Assembly (NCBI GenBank): GCA_963805945.1
Contig: CAWDVP010000001.1
Location: forward strand, 288,001 to 352,000
Length of the DNA stretch: 64,000 nucleotides
Reading direction: 5' to 3'
Source: Vulcanimicrobiota bacterium
Lineage (GTDB): Bacteria > Vulcanimicrobiota > Vulcanimicrobiia > Eremiobacterales > Eremiobacteraceae
Part shown: piece after piece, positions 18,669-28,625 of the stretch
Layout of the letters: every line of letters starts with the position of its first letter
Numbering within the stretch: the stretch's first letter is position 1
Position numbers and translations under genes: made by a program
The notes under the pieces: model-generated
The model's input: only the letters and a program-made list of their open reading frames with translations
What the model was told of the DNA's origin: nothing
Database searches by the model: none

Positions 18669-20498
18669 ATGTTCCACGGGTCAGGTCCGATGTATCTCAT
18701 GTACGGCGCGGGCGCCGGCGGCGATGGCCTCAAGCGCCCCACGAAGGTGGAGTGGCGGCGCATCCTGCGCTACTTCGCCCCCTACTGGCGCAAAGAGACG
18801 CTGGTCTTCGCGTGCATCCTCGCCACCACCACGCTTGGCCAGTTCCCGCCGCTCTTCACCAAGTGGATCATCGACGTCTCGATCGCCCAGCACGACCTGC
18901 ACAGCCTCTGGCTCAACGTCGGCGGCATGGTAAGCGTCGCGCTCGCGGCCGCCGCCATCGGCGTGTGGCAAGGATATCTCAACGCCGCCGTCGGCGAGGG
19001 TATCATGCGCGACATGCGCGACGCGCTCGTGCAGCACTTGCACCGCATGTCGCTCGCCTTCTTCGCCTCGACCAAGACCGGCGAGATCATGAACCGCGTC
19101 GCGAGCGACGTCGACGCGATCGACAACGTCGTCACCGGCACGATGGTCACCATCGTCACCAACGTGCTCATGATCGTGACGACGCTCGTCGCCATCTTCT
19201 TGCTGGATTGGCGACTCGCGCTGCTCTCGCTCGTCGTCGTGCCGCTCATGGTGATCCCGCTCGGGCCGGTGGGCCGCACGATGTATGCGGTGCGCAAGAA
19301 GACGCGCGAGCAGCGCGACAAGATCGAAAGCCTCATCCAAGAGACGCTGTCGCTGTCGGGCATCACCTTGGTGAAGTCGTTCGCGCGCGAGCGCCAGGAA
19401 GCCGATCGCTTCCACCTTGCGGGCACCGAGCTCATGGACATGGAGATCCGTCTCGCGCTGGTCGGCCGCTGGTTCATCGGGGTGGTCGGGGCGCTCGTCA
19501 TCGTCGGTCCGGCGCTCATCTGGCTGGGCGGTGGTTGGATGGCGATCCGCTCCGGCTTGCAGATCGGCACGATCGTGGCCTTCGTCGCCTATCTCGCGCG
19601 GCTCTACGGCCCGGCCGCCGCGCTCATCGCGGTGCAGGTCCAGATCGTGAGCGCGCTCGCCGTCTTCGAGCGCATCTTCACCTATCTCGACATGACGCCC
19701 GAAGCGCCGCAGCGTCCGGATGCGCTGTCGCTGTCGCCGGTGCGCGGCGAGATCGCGTTCGAGAACGTGCGCTTCCGCTACGGCGAGGACCGCTGGGCGC
19801 TCGACGGCGTCTCGTTCCGCGCACAGCCCGGCCAGCTCGTCGCGTTCGTGGGGCCGAGCGGCGCCGGCAAGACGACGATCATGCAGCTGGTGCCCCGCTT
19901 CTACGACCCGCAGGAGGGCCGCGTCACGCTCGACGGCCACGATCTGCGCGACCTCACGTTGGAGTCGCTGCGCGGGAGCATCGGCAGCGTCGCGCAGGAG
20001 ACCTATCTCTTCCACACGACCATCTCCGAGAATCTGCACTACGGCAATCCCGGCGCGACCGAGGCCGAGCTCGTCGCCGCGTGCAAGGCTGCCAACATCT
20101 ACGACTTCATCGCGGGCCTGCCCGACGGTTTCGCGACCATCGTCGGCGAGCGCGGGCTGAAGCTCTCCGGCGGCGAGCGTCAACGCGTCGCGATCGCGCG
20201 CGTGCTGCTCAAAGACCCGCGCGTCCTGATCCTGGACGAGGCGACCAGCGCGCTCGATTCGACCTCGGAGACGCTCATCCAAGAGGCGCTCGAGCCGCTC
20301 ATGCGAGGCCGCACCAGCTTGGTCATCGCGCACCGGCTGTCGACCGTGATGCGTGCTGACGTCATCCACGTCGTGGTCGGCGGCCGTATCGTCGAGTCCG
20401 GCACGCACCGCGACCTGCTCGCTCGCGGGGGGCCGTATGCCGAGCTCTATCGCGCGCAGTTCAAACACGAAACGCTGGTAGGAGAGGCGATATCATGA
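18669..20498 (+). CDS. ABC exporter, fused permease/ATPase
   Basis: TM domain, GPSGAGKT, LSGGERQR, LDEATSALD. Confidence 0.95.
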   Translation: MFHGSGPMYLMYGAGAGGDGLKRPTKVEWRRILRYFAPYWRKETLVFACILATTTLGQFPPLFTKWIIDVSIAQHDLHSLWLNVGGMVSVALAAAAIGVWQGYLNAAVGEGIMRDMRDALVQHLHRMSLAFFASTKTGEIMNRVASDVDAIDNVVTGTMVTIVTNVLMIVTTLVAIFLLDWRLALLSLVVVPLMVIPLGPVGRTMYAVRKKTREQRDKIESLIQETLSLSGITLVKSFARERQEADRFHLAGTELMDMEIRLALVGRWFIGVVGALVIVGPALIWLGGGWMAIRSGLQIGTIVAFVAYLARLYGPAAALIAVQVQIVSALAVFERIFTYLDMTPEAPQRPDALSLSPVRGEIAFENVRFRYGEDRWALDGVSFRAQPGQLVAFVGPSGAGKTTIMQLVPRFYDPQEGRVTLDGHDLRDLTLESLRGSIGSVAQETYLFHTTISENLHYGNPGATEAELVAACKAANIYDFIAGLPDGFATIVGERGLKLSGGERQRVAIARVLLKDPRVLILDEATSALDSTSETLIQEALEPLMRGRTSLVIAHRLSTVMRADVIHVVVGGRIVESGTHRDLLARGGPYAELYRAQFKHETLVGEAIS

Positions 20499-21034
20499 CG
20501 CACCTCACGCCGCAACAGCTCACGCCCATCATCCTAGCAGCCGTCATCGTCGTGGTGGTGGGGCTGCGCATCTGGCGGTCGACGCGAGAGCAGCGCTTTC
20601 AACCGGGCAGCATGTGGGTCGTGCCGGGGATCTTCGCGGCCTTCACGCTCGCGTTCATCGTGATCGAGCGGTATACGAGCCCGCTTGACATCGCCTTCAT
20701 GGCGCTCGCGCTTGCGGTGGGCGTCGCGATCGGCCTGTACCAGGGCACCCATACGACCGTCCGCGTCGACCATGCGGCCCACGCGATGTTCGTGAAGATA
20801 TCGCCCCTTGGTTCGCTCATCTTCATCGCCGTGCTTGTGCTCCGGATCGCAGTGCGTTATGCCACCGGCGGCATAGCCGCCGCGACCGCCGCGACGGCCA
20901 GCCCTGGTGCGCCGATCGTCCACACGACGGCGGGCCTCATCAGCTTGCTGCTGCTCGTGCTTGCGGTCGGCATCGTCGTCGGCTTGCGCGTCTATCTGCA
21001 GCGGGTCTACGACCAGGCGCGAGCCACGCTGTGA
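20495..21034 (+). CDS. CcdC/DUF1453-like membrane protein
   Basis: About five hydrophobic helices; overlaps the ABC stop. Confidence 0.6.
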   Translation: MTHLTPQQLTPIILAAVIVVVVGLRIWRSTREQRFQPGSMWVVPGIFAAFTLAFIVIERYTSPLDIAFMALALAVGVAIGLYQGTHTTVRVDHAAHAMFVKISPLGSLIFIAVLVLRIAVRYATGGIAAATAATASPGAPIVHTTAGLISLLLLVLAVGIVVGLRVYLQRVYDQARATL

Positions 21035-21047
21035 CAGCGCGCTAGCC

Positions 21048-22622
21048 GTGGCCGCTCGCATTCATTCCGACGCCGGCGTGATCGCCGGTACTCCGGCAGC
21101 GAAGACGCCGTGCCCGCGCGTGACGGGCCGGCTGGTGCTCATCGCCACCATCGTCGCGTCGAGCATGGTGTTCATCGACGGCACCGTCGTGAACATCGCG
21201 CTGCCGGTGATCCAGCTGGATCTGCATGCGACGGCGACCGACGTCCAATGGATCGTCAACGCCTATACGCTGTTCCTCGCATCGCTCATGCTCGTCGGCG
21301 GTTCGCTCGGCGATTTTTACGGACGCAAACGCATATTCATCATCGGCACGGTCGTGTTCGGCCTTTCCTCCGTGTGGTGCGGTCTCGCGCCGGACGTGCA
21401 TCACCTCATCCTCGCGCGCGGCGTGCAAGGCATCGGCAGCGCCTTGCTCACGCCCGGCAGTCTCGCGCTCATCAGCGCCACGTTCGACCGCGAGCAACGC
21501 GGCCGCGCGATAGGCACCTGGTCGGGGATGACGGCCGTCATGGCCGCGATCGGCCCTGCCCTCGGCGGCTGGATCGTGCAGCACGCATCGTGGCGCTGGA
21601 TCTTCTTCATCAACGTGCCGTTGGCGCTCGTCGTGCTCGTCGTCGCGTGGTTCGGAATCTCGGAGAGCAGCGACGGCGAACGGACGCATCGTCTCGATTA
21701 CACCGGCGCGCTGCTCGCGACGCTAGGGCTCGGCGCACTCACCTACGGGCTCATCAGCGCGAGCGCTGTCGGCCTCTCCGATCCGCTCGTGATCGGCGCA
21801 TCGCTGCTCGGCGTCGCCACGCTGGTGGTGTTCGTCTGGCTCGAGCGCCGGGAGGCGAAACCGATGCTGCCGCCGCAGCTCTTCCGCAGCCGGACCTTCA
21901 GCGGCGTCAACCTGCTGACGCTGCTCCTCTACGGCGCGCTCAGCGGCGTGCTGTTCTTCTTGCCCTTCAACCTCATCCAGATGCAGCACTACACCCCGAC
22001 CGCAGCCGGGCTTGCGATGCTGCCGTTCATCGCGTTGATCGTCGTGCTGTCGCCGTGGGCCGGCGGACTGGTCGCGCGCGTCGGTCCGAGGCTGCCGCTC
22101 GTCGTCGGACCGGCCCTCGCGGGACTCGGCATCGCGCTCCTCGCGATGCCTGGGATCGGCGGCAGCTACTGGTCGACGTTCTTCCCCGCCATCGTCGTGC
22201 TCGGGTTGGGCATGGCGGTGACCGTCGCACCGCTGACGACCACCGTCCTCGAATCCGTGGACGCCGAGCACGTCGGCATCGCGTCGGCGATCAACAACGC
22301 GGTGTCGCGCGCCGCGGGGCTCTTCGCGATCGCGGTGTTCAGCCTCATCGTGCTGGGCGTCTTCAACGCGCATCTCGATCGCGGACTCGCGGCGATGAAC
22401 GCATCACCTCAGCTGATCGCCGAGATGGCGCCCGAACGCAGCAAGCTCGCTGCGGCGCAGCCACCCGCCAGTATGTCGCCGGCGCAGCACGCCGAGCTGG
22501 TGGACGCGATCGACGTCTCCTATCTTGCCGGCTTCCGCATCGCGATGGTGCTCGGCGCGCTGCTGGCTGTCGCGGGCGCGGGCTGCGCCTTTCTCTCGGT
22601 CCGCGGAGGGAAGGGATCATGA
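21048..22622 (+). CDS. DHA2-family MFS efflux transporter
   Basis: DGTVVNIALP, LGDFYGRKR, WRWIFFINVP. Confidence 0.93.
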   Translation: MAARIHSDAGVIAGTPAAKTPCPRVTGRLVLIATIVASSMVFIDGTVVNIALPVIQLDLHATATDVQWIVNAYTLFLASLMLVGGSLGDFYGRKRIFIIGTVVFGLSSVWCGLAPDVHHLILARGVQGIGSALLTPGSLALISATFDREQRGRAIGTWSGMTAVMAAIGPALGGWIVQHASWRWIFFINVPLALVVLVVAWFGISESSDGERTHRLDYTGALLATLGLGALTYGLISASAVGLSDPLVIGASLLGVATLVVFVWLERREAKPMLPPQLFRSRTFSGVNLLTLLLYGALSGVLFFLPFNLIQMQHYTPTAAGLAMLPFIALIVVLSPWAGGLVARVGPRLPLVVGPALAGLGIALLAMPGIGGSYWSTFFPAIVVLGLGMAVTVAPLTTTVLESVDAEHVGIASAINNAVSRAAGLFAIAVFSLIVLGVFNAHLDRGLAAMNASPQLIAEMAPERSKLAAAQPPASMSPAQHAELVDAIDVSYLAGFRIAMVLGALLAVAGAGCAFLSVRGGKGS

Positions 22623-22647
22623 ATGGCGACTGGCGCTGGCTCGTCCC

Positions 22648-23130
22648 TTAGAGTCTTCCGATGACCTGCTTGGCAAGACTCTCTAGTTGCTTTTCTGTCG
22701 CCGAGCTAAGATTTATGTAGAAACGCACTTTGCCTTTCCGCACGTGCAGCGCATGTTCCGGATCAAAATATGCCTCGTCTCCGAGATTGGGGACCGCGGT
22801 CGGCGGGCTATAGAAAGCCTGAAGTCTGGCGAATAGGTCCGTCGCAGCGGACGGCGACGGATCGACGTACACTCGAAACCACAGCTTGCCGGCGGCAGCG
22901 CCCTTGGACTCATAATTGCAATCCGTCCCCGTGTTGGTGTTCGCAAACGGCCGAGGGGCGACGCTCTCCTGCGGGGCGTCATATGCCTGCCCTAAGGTCT
23001 TGGTCACATCGGCCGCCGGCAAGAGCGAGCAGAGATCGGGCGGAAGACCGGTCGCTTGTGCTGGCTGAACCACCAACGCAGTCGCCGCGACGGCTGCAGC
23101 GATCAACAAGAACCTGCGGAACTTTGACAT
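22648..23130 (-). CDS. Secreted hypothetical protein
   Basis: Signal peptide, CSLL motif, LGDEAY motif. Confidence 0.7.
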   Translation of the reverse strand: MSKFRRFLLIAAAVAATALVVQPAQATGLPPDLCSLLPAADVTKTLGQAYDAPQESVAPRPFANTNTGTDCNYESKGAAAGKLWFRVYVDPSPSAATDLFARLQAFYSPPTAVPNLGDEAYFDPEHALHVRKGKVRFYINLSSATEKQLESLAKQVIGRL

Positions 23131-23159
23131 GTCGCGAGCCCTCCCCAACAGCATGGTAC

Positions 23160-23522
23160 TTATTTCGCGTCGTCGTCCGGCTGCATCATGCCGAACTCGT
23201 TTCCTTCGGTGTCTTCGCAATAAGCGAGCCAGCCGACGCCGGGTATCGGATGTTTCGGCGAGGTGAGTTTTCCGCCGGCGGCGGTGACGCTCTTGATCGA
23301 CGCGTCGAGGTCTTCGACGCCGAGCGTGTTGATGGTCGCCTCGGACGGATGCGAACGTTTCAGCAGGCCGCCGTTGATGCCCAGCCCTTCGCCTGTGTCC
23401 ACCATCCAATACTCGACGGGACCGCCCCATTTGTCGATCTTCCAGCCGAAGGCCGTGGAGTAGAATTTGGCAGCCCGTTCCGGGTCATCCGCATGCACTT
23501 CGAAATGAACAACTCGGGGCAT
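23160..23522 (-). CDS. VOC/glyoxalase-family protein
   Basis: VVHFEV.ADD.ERA..FY..FGW, DTEGN.FG. Confidence 0.92.
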   Translation of the reverse strand: MPRVVHFEVHADDPERAAKFYSTAFGWKIDKWGGPVEYWMVDTGEGLGINGGLLKRSHPSEATINTLGVEDLDASIKSVTAAGGKLTSPKHPIPGVGWLAYCEDTEGNEFGMMQPDDDAK

Positions 23523-23702
23523 GGAAGCCATCCTTTCGGCGTGTTTTCGCCTAGTCGTCTATGAGGCGCGTTTCGTTCTTCGGCCCATTTGGGACGACCT
23601 TGCGGCTCTAGGGCCTTGATTAGCAGGGCCGCCTTTGCTAAGATAGATGAGGTTTTGGTCATTCGGGGGGCAGCTCGCCCGGGCGTCGAAAATAGGAAGC
23701 AT

Positions 23703-23793
23703 ACTCCTCTTCGCGATCGTCAGCAACCGTACACCGAAACGTTCTACTACTGACGCGTGCATTGTCAGAGTCTGACAGTGCACCAAGAGGAGT
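23703..23793 (+). promoter_or_regulatory. Structured 5' UTR sequestering the RBS of the zinc-ribbon gene
   Basis: ACTCCTCTT/AAGAGGAGT helix enclosing two internal hairpins. Confidence 0.55.
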
Positions 23794-23803
23794 TTCAAAC
23801 CCA

Positions 23804-24136
23804 GTGTATACAGATCAACTCATCACCTGCGTTGATTGCGGGAATCAATTCACATTCACCGCAGGCGAACAGGAGTTCTACGACCAGAAGGGCTTCCAAA
23901 ACAAGCCCAGCCGTTGCCCGGATTGCCGGCAGGCCCGCAAGGCCAGCCGCACCGGTGGCGGTGGCGGCGGCGGTAGCCGTGGCGGTTACGGCGGCGGCGG
24001 CGGCGGCGGCCAGCGCGAGATGTTCAAAGCGACATGCTCGAGCTGCGGCGGTGTTGCTGAAGTCCCGTTCCAACCGCGCGGTGACAAACCGGTGTATTGC
24101 CGCGACTGCTTCCAAAAGCAGCGCTCAGCGTACTAA
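23804..24136 (+). CDS. Double zinc-ribbon (CxxC-x17-CxxC) protein with Gly/Arg-rich linker
   Basis: CVDCG..F.FT.GEQ.FY..KG..N.P.RC..CR; CSSCG..VPF.P..PVYC.DCF. Confidence 0.9.
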   Translation: MYTDQLITCVDCGNQFTFTAGEQEFYDQKGFQNKPSRCPDCRQARKASRTGGGGGGGSRGGYGGGGGGGQREMFKATCSSCGGVAEVPFQPRGDKPVYCRDCFQKQRSAY

Positions 24137-24159
24137 GGCCTAGCCGACAAACGCGATCG

Positions 24160-24185
24160 AGGCCCGGTGTTCACACCGGGCCTTT
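24160..24185 (+). terminator. Intrinsic terminator
   Basis: AGGCCCGGTG-TTCA-CACCGGGCCT-TT. Confidence 0.75.
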
Positions 24186-24192
24186 ATCATTC

Positions 24193-24216
24193 CCCCGAGC
24201 TTCGCTCGGGCACTAC
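24193..24216 (-). repeat. REP-like palindrome, family C
   Basis: CCCGAGC-TTC-GCTCGGG-CACTAC. Confidence 0.7.
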
Positions 24217-25646
24217 TACTGCGAGCTCGGGCCCGGCGTCGGTTTCGGCGAGAGCAGCAGCGGCGGCCGCGGCACCTGAGTGAAATCGAACTCGGCGATG
24301 AGGTTGCCCAATTGCGGTGCGTTCTCGCGCACGTCCGGGCGCGGATCGGGGCGCCCGTCGGTCCGCGGATCGATGCGTGCCGCATTGAGGAAATCGTCCT
24401 CGATGAACTTGAGGTACGCATCGAAGCTCAACGTCTGATGGTCGATGTAGCCTCGTCTCGCATACGGGCTGATCAACAGTCCGGGCACCCGGAGCCCATA
24501 GCCGTTCTGATCCACCGTCGGCGGCGCCACGTGATCGTAGAAGCCGCCCCAATCATCCCATGTCAGGAAGATCGCGGTGCTGCTCCAGTCAGGGCTCTTC
24601 ATGAGCGCGTTGACGATGTTCGTGACATACGTCTGGCTCGCGCTCACGAGCGCCGGAGGATGATCGCTCACCGGCCCGCTCGGGACCACCCATGAGACGG
24701 CGGGCAGCGTGCCGTTCCGGGCGTCCTTGAAGAGGTCCGCGGTGGTCTTGATGTTGCCGAGTTCGCCGTCTTGGCGCACGGTCACGAACCACGGCAGCGG
24801 ATTCCATATCTGCGGCACCTTGCGGCTCTGCGGCGCGGGCGCGCAGAACATCGCATCGTCCGCGCAATCGGGCTGCGTGCCTTCGGCGAGATAGTACGCC
24901 CAGCTGATGTGATTCTCGTGCAGCAGATACGTGAGGTCCGTCCACGCGTACACGGAAGCGCCGGCCGGCAAACCCCGCTGTGGATTCTGCAGTTCGTTGA
25001 CGCAGCTCATGGGATCGGCTGATGCGCAGCGCGCCGACCAGCCCGACACCATGAACAGATGCGCCGGCAGACTCCATGACGCATTGGGCTCGAACATGTG
25101 GTCCTGCAGCGTGTAGCCTTGCGCGTAGCGCCAATAGTTGGGGATGTCGCGCGCGTCATGATAGCCCATCACATCGGGTTGTCGGCCGCCGCAGCGCGGA
25201 TCGAACGGCCCCGCGCAATGTCCCTTGCCGCCGCGCTGCTGCTCGCCGACGAAGCCGTCCATCTTCCCGCCATCGATGTCCGCGCGCGCGCTGCTTTCGC
25301 CGTGCGGCCCGCCGCTGTTGCGATCGGCGGCGTCATGATATGGCTGCACGCAGCCGCCTTGTGACGGATTGGGGACGCACGCTGCGAAGCCGCCGTTCGC
25401 GTTGCGCGGCAAGCCATCGCCGCCAGGATAGGTGCCGAAGTATTCGTCGTAACTGCGGTTCTCTTGCATGATGATGACGACGTGCTTGATCTTGTGGATG
25501 TCGCCGGGCGCCGCGGCGGCCTGGGGATGCGTGGCCATCGGCGTGAGCAGCGATCCTGCCAGCATGAGCGCGACGAAGTAGCCGATGGTGAGCAGGCCTT
25601 TCCAGCGCTCCCACGAGGTCTGCAGCTGCACCACCATCATGAGCAT
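24216..25646 (-). CDS. Phosphoesterase (phospholipase C/acid phosphatase family)
   Basis: [38 protein letters not shown]. Confidence 0.92.
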   Translation of the reverse strand: MLMMVVQLQTSWERWKGLLTIGYFVALMLAGSLLTPMATHPQAAAAPGDIHKIKHVVIIMQENRSYDEYFGTYPGGDGLPRNANGGFAACVPNPSQGGCVQPYHDAADRNSGGPHGESSARADIDGGKMDGFVGEQQRGGKGHCAGPFDPRCGGRQPDVMGYHDARDIPNYWRYAQGYTLQDHMFEPNASWSLPAHLFMVSGWSARCASADPMSCVNELQNPQRGLPAGASVYAWTDLTYLLHENHISWAYYLAEGTQPDCADDAMFCAPAPQSRKVPQIWNPLPWFVTVRQDGELGNIKTTADLFKDARNGTLPAVSWVVPSGPVSDHPPALVSASQTYVTNIVNALMKSPDWSSTAIFLTWDDWGGFYDHVAPPTVDQNGYGLRVPGLLISPYARRGYIDHQTLSFDAYLKFIEDDFLNAARIDPRTDGRPDPRPDVRENAPQLGNLIAEFDFTQVPRPPLLLSPKPTPGPSSQ

Positions 25647-25723
25647 GTCCCCTTTGTTGTACTACCGCCCGCGCACGGCCGAATTAAGCGCGGATGAGGC
25701 CTTCCCAAGAGGGCGCTGAGAAG

Positions 25724-26548
25724 CTACGCTTTGAGGATGAAAGTCTCGACCGACTGCATCGTGGGGTCGTTCGCCTCGCTCATGTGATCGAGCATGTTCC
25801 AATGGTCCCGGCCGGCCGGCTGTAGGTACTCGACCCGATCCCCCGCCGTTTTCAGTTGCTCGTAGAGCTGCGCCGAGATCGCCTCCGGCGCCATACGATC
25901 GTCGCGGCCGTGGATGACGAGCGCCGGCGGCTCGTCGCCACGCAGGCGCGGCTGGATGTCGAAGCGCCGCCACCCGCTGCGGTCGGCTCCGAACGCAGGG
26001 TCGTAGATGCTCTGGTAGCTCGGGTCGAGATCGGCCACATCCGTCGACGGATTGATGCCGACGCTGCCGAGCGCCACCACGCCGCGCACCGCACCACGTG
26101 GGATCGCACCGCTGACGAGCGCGTAGAGCGCGAGCTGCGCGCCCGCCGAGTGGCCGACGAGGACGATGCGCTTGGGGTCATAGCCGGCGGCGGATGCGTG
26201 GTTCACGAGCCAGCGGAACGCGCGCGCGACGTCGGCAGCCTGGTGTTCGGCGTCGGTCTGCGGCGCAAGCGGATAGTTGAGGACCGCCGCCGCGATGCCG
26301 CAGCGCGCGAACGCTTGGCCGAGCGAGACATACTCGCTCTTGTCGCGGCTCACCCACGCGCCGCCATGTATGTAGATGGCGAGCGGGCCGCCCTTGACGC
26401 CGTGCGGCAGATAGAGATCGAGCGCTTCGAACTCCGGATCGGAACCGTACACGTGCGTCGCTGCATCGACACGATGCGGCGTGCTGGGACATGGCGTCGC
26501 ACCGCCGGTGCTGAAGGCGAATGCGAGCGCGATGATCGGCAGCGTCAT
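25724..26548 (-). CDS. Secreted alpha/beta hydrolase (esterase)
   Basis: HGGAW, GHSAG, HG.DD. Confidence 0.9.
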   Translation of the reverse strand: MTLPIIALAFAFSTGGATPCPSTPHRVDAATHVYGSDPEFEALDLYLPHGVKGGPLAIYIHGGAWVSRDKSEYVSLGQAFARCGIAAAVLNYPLAPQTDAEHQAADVARAFRWLVNHASAAGYDPKRIVLVGHSAGAQLALYALVSGAIPRGAVRGVVALGSVGINPSTDVADLDPSYQSIYDPAFGADRSGWRRFDIQPRLRGDEPPALVIHGRDDRMAPEAISAQLYEQLKTAGDRVEYLQPAGRDHWNMLDHMSEANDPTMQSVETFILKA

Positions 26549-26621
26549 CTCGCCATCTAGGCGTCATGGCGGCGGGTTTTCCTGCCAGGCGCCGCGCGTG
26601 AGCGGCGCGAACCCCCGCGTC

Positions 26622-27295
26622 ATGTTCTTCGATCCGAACTATCTCTGGTACGCGCTGCCGCCGATGCTATTCGGCTTTTGGGCGCAGTGGCGTGTCAGCA
26701 GCGCCTTCAACAAGTACGCGAAAGTGCCGACGAGCAGCGGCATCAACGGCCAGCAGACCGCTGCCCTGCTCATGCAGCGCACCGGCCACGAGTTCGGCGT
26801 CCAACAGGTCCCTGGTGTGCTCACCGACTATTACGACCCGCGCACCAAGACGATGTGCCTCTCGCAGAGCTCGGTGCAGAACTCTGTCGCGTCGGTCGCC
26901 GTCGTCGCGCACGAATTCGGGCACGCGATCCAGGACGTCGAAGGCTACGCGCCGATGCGGCTGCGCAGCGCGCTTGTCCCCATGGTCAAACTCGGCTCGT
27001 GGGTCGGTCCGCTGTTGTTCATCGCGGGTCTGTGGCTGTCGATCATGAACCTGGCGTGGGCCGGCATCATCCTCTTCGGGGCGACGGCCATCTTCGCGAT
27101 CGTGACCTTGCCGGTCGAGCTCAACGCGAGCAGCCGTGCGCTCACCATGCTGCAGTCGAACGGGGTCCTGAGCGCCCAGGAGATGCCAGGGCACAGGCCG
27201 TCCTGAGCGCCGCGGCGCTCACCTATTGCGCTGCGATCACCCAGTCGGTGGCGCAGATCCTGTACTACCTCAGCATCATGGGCCGGCGCAGGTAG
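26622..27295 (+). CDS. YugP-like zinc metallopeptidase, frameshift near 27190
   Basis: LTDYYDP, AHEFGHAIQ, TLPVELNAS.RA; AQAVLSAAALTY continues in another frame. Confidence 0.85.
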
Positions 27296-27441
27296 ACCGC
27301 AGGCCTGCGGGACGGCGGCGGGGCGGCTGTCCGTAATATCCGTATTCTACGTGGTCGCGCGCCCCTAATACCCGGAATAACACCGATTCGAGCGCACCCC
27401 CTGAAAACGTACGATGGAGCCGTGAAAGGGGGGCTTTCCCC

Positions 27442-27777
27442 ATGGTACGGCATCCATCGATCAGCATCACGACCCTCGCGGAGCCTTTCGACGATCAGAG
27501 CCTGGCGCTGCTGAAGGCGGAGTTCCGCCATCACGTCAAGGCGGGCCGCAAGCTGCACGTCATCGACCTCGACCAGCTCGGCTCGTCGGGTTCGTGCGTC
27601 ATCCGGGCGCTCGTGACGGCGCTGCGCATCGTGCGTGAGGTCGGCGGCGAGATCCGCCTGGTCAGTTCGACGCGGCCCATGCAGCGCGTGCTGACCCTCA
27701 CCGCCTTGAACCGCGTGTTCCCCGTGTATCGCACCGTGCACGACGCGGTCGCGGCGCATCGCTCGATTGCGGCGTAA
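27442..27777 (+). CDS. STAS-domain (anti-sigma antagonist-like) protein
   Basis: VIDL..LGSSG, GGEIRL, VL.LT.L.RVFP.Y.TV.DA. Confidence 0.8.
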   Translation: MVRHPSISITTLAEPFDDQSLALLKAEFRHHVKAGRKLHVIDLDQLGSSGSCVIRALVTALRIVREVGGEIRLVSSTRPMQRVLTLTALNRVFPVYRTVHDAVAAHRSIAA

Positions 27778-27782
27778 GATGA

Positions 27783-27808
27783 GGGCCGACCTAAAGGTCG
27801 GCCCCTAC
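27783..27808 (-). repeat. REP-like palindrome, family B
   Basis: GGGCCGACCT-AA-AGGTCGGCCC-CTAC. Confidence 0.85.
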
Positions 27809-27827
27809 ATCGGGTGGCGTTACGGGT

Positions 27828-28625
27828 TTAGCGGCGGGGCCAGCGCGGCTTGCGCTTCTTGAGGAACGCGGTGATGCCTTCGTGCGCGTCGGCCGTAAGC
27901 GCGTTGTACGTCATCACTTCCTTGGTGTAGGCGTATGCCTTGCGCTGCGGCATGTCCATCTGCCGGTAGAACGCTTCCTTGCCGAGCGCGATCACGTTCG
28001 GACTCGATTCGATGATCTGGCCCGCGAGTTGCTTCACCGCATCCTCGAGCCCTGAGCTCAACACGACCTTGTTGATGAGCCCCACCTCGAGCGCTTCCTT
28101 AGCTGAGATCGGCTCGCCGGTGAGCAGCATCTCCATCGCCTTCTTGCGGCCGATCGCCCGCGTGAGCGGCACCATCGGCGTCGAACAGAACAAGCCGATC
28201 TTGACCCCGGGCGTGGCGAACCATGCCGTCTGCGCCGCCACCGCGAGATCGCACGTCGCGACCAGCTGACACCCGGCCGCGGTCGCCGGCCCCTGCACCT
28301 GCGCGATCACGGGCTGGCCTATTTCCTGGATCGTCTCCATGAGCTCGACGCATAGCTCGAAGATGCGCTTGTACTCGATGACCGTGCGGTGCAGCAGTTC
28401 GGTGAGGTCGTGGCCGGATGAGAACACCGAGCCGTTCGCCTTGAGCACGACGACTTGGATCTCGCTCTTCTTCCCCACATCGCGCAGCGCTTTGATGAGC
28501 CGCAGCATCACGTCTTCGGAGAGCGCATTGCGCTTCGCCGGCCGGTTCAACGTTATATAGGCGAGCGGGCCGTCGATCTCGACGAGCACGTCCGCGGTTG
28601 GTGGGGTCAGCAGTGTCGTCGCCAT
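27828..28625 (-). CDS. Enoyl-CoA hydratase/isomerase family protein
   Basis: LNRP.KRNAL, FSSGHDL, AAGCQLVATCD, GLFCSTP. Confidence 0.92.
   Translation of the reverse strand: MATTLLTPPTADVLVEIDGPLAYITLNRPAKRNALSEDVMLRLIKALRDVGKKSEIQVVVLKANGSVFSSGHDLTELLHRTVIEYKRIFELCVELMETIQEIGQPVIAQVQGPATAAGCQLVATCDLAVAAQTAWFATPGVKIGLFCSTPMVPLTRAIGRKKAMEMLLTGEPISAKEALEVGLINKVVLSSGLEDAVKQLAGQIIESSPNVIALGKEAFYRQMDMPQRKAYAYTKEVMTYNALTADAHEGITAFLKKRKPRWPRR

Noticed and set aside
18681..20468. Long antisense ORFs (also 41992-43536, 55474-58305 and others)
   Set aside because: Stop-poor shadow frames typical of high-GC coding DNA, with no motifs.
23950..24012. (GGC)n tandem repeat
   Set aside because: Encodes the Gly-rich linker of the zinc-ribbon protein.
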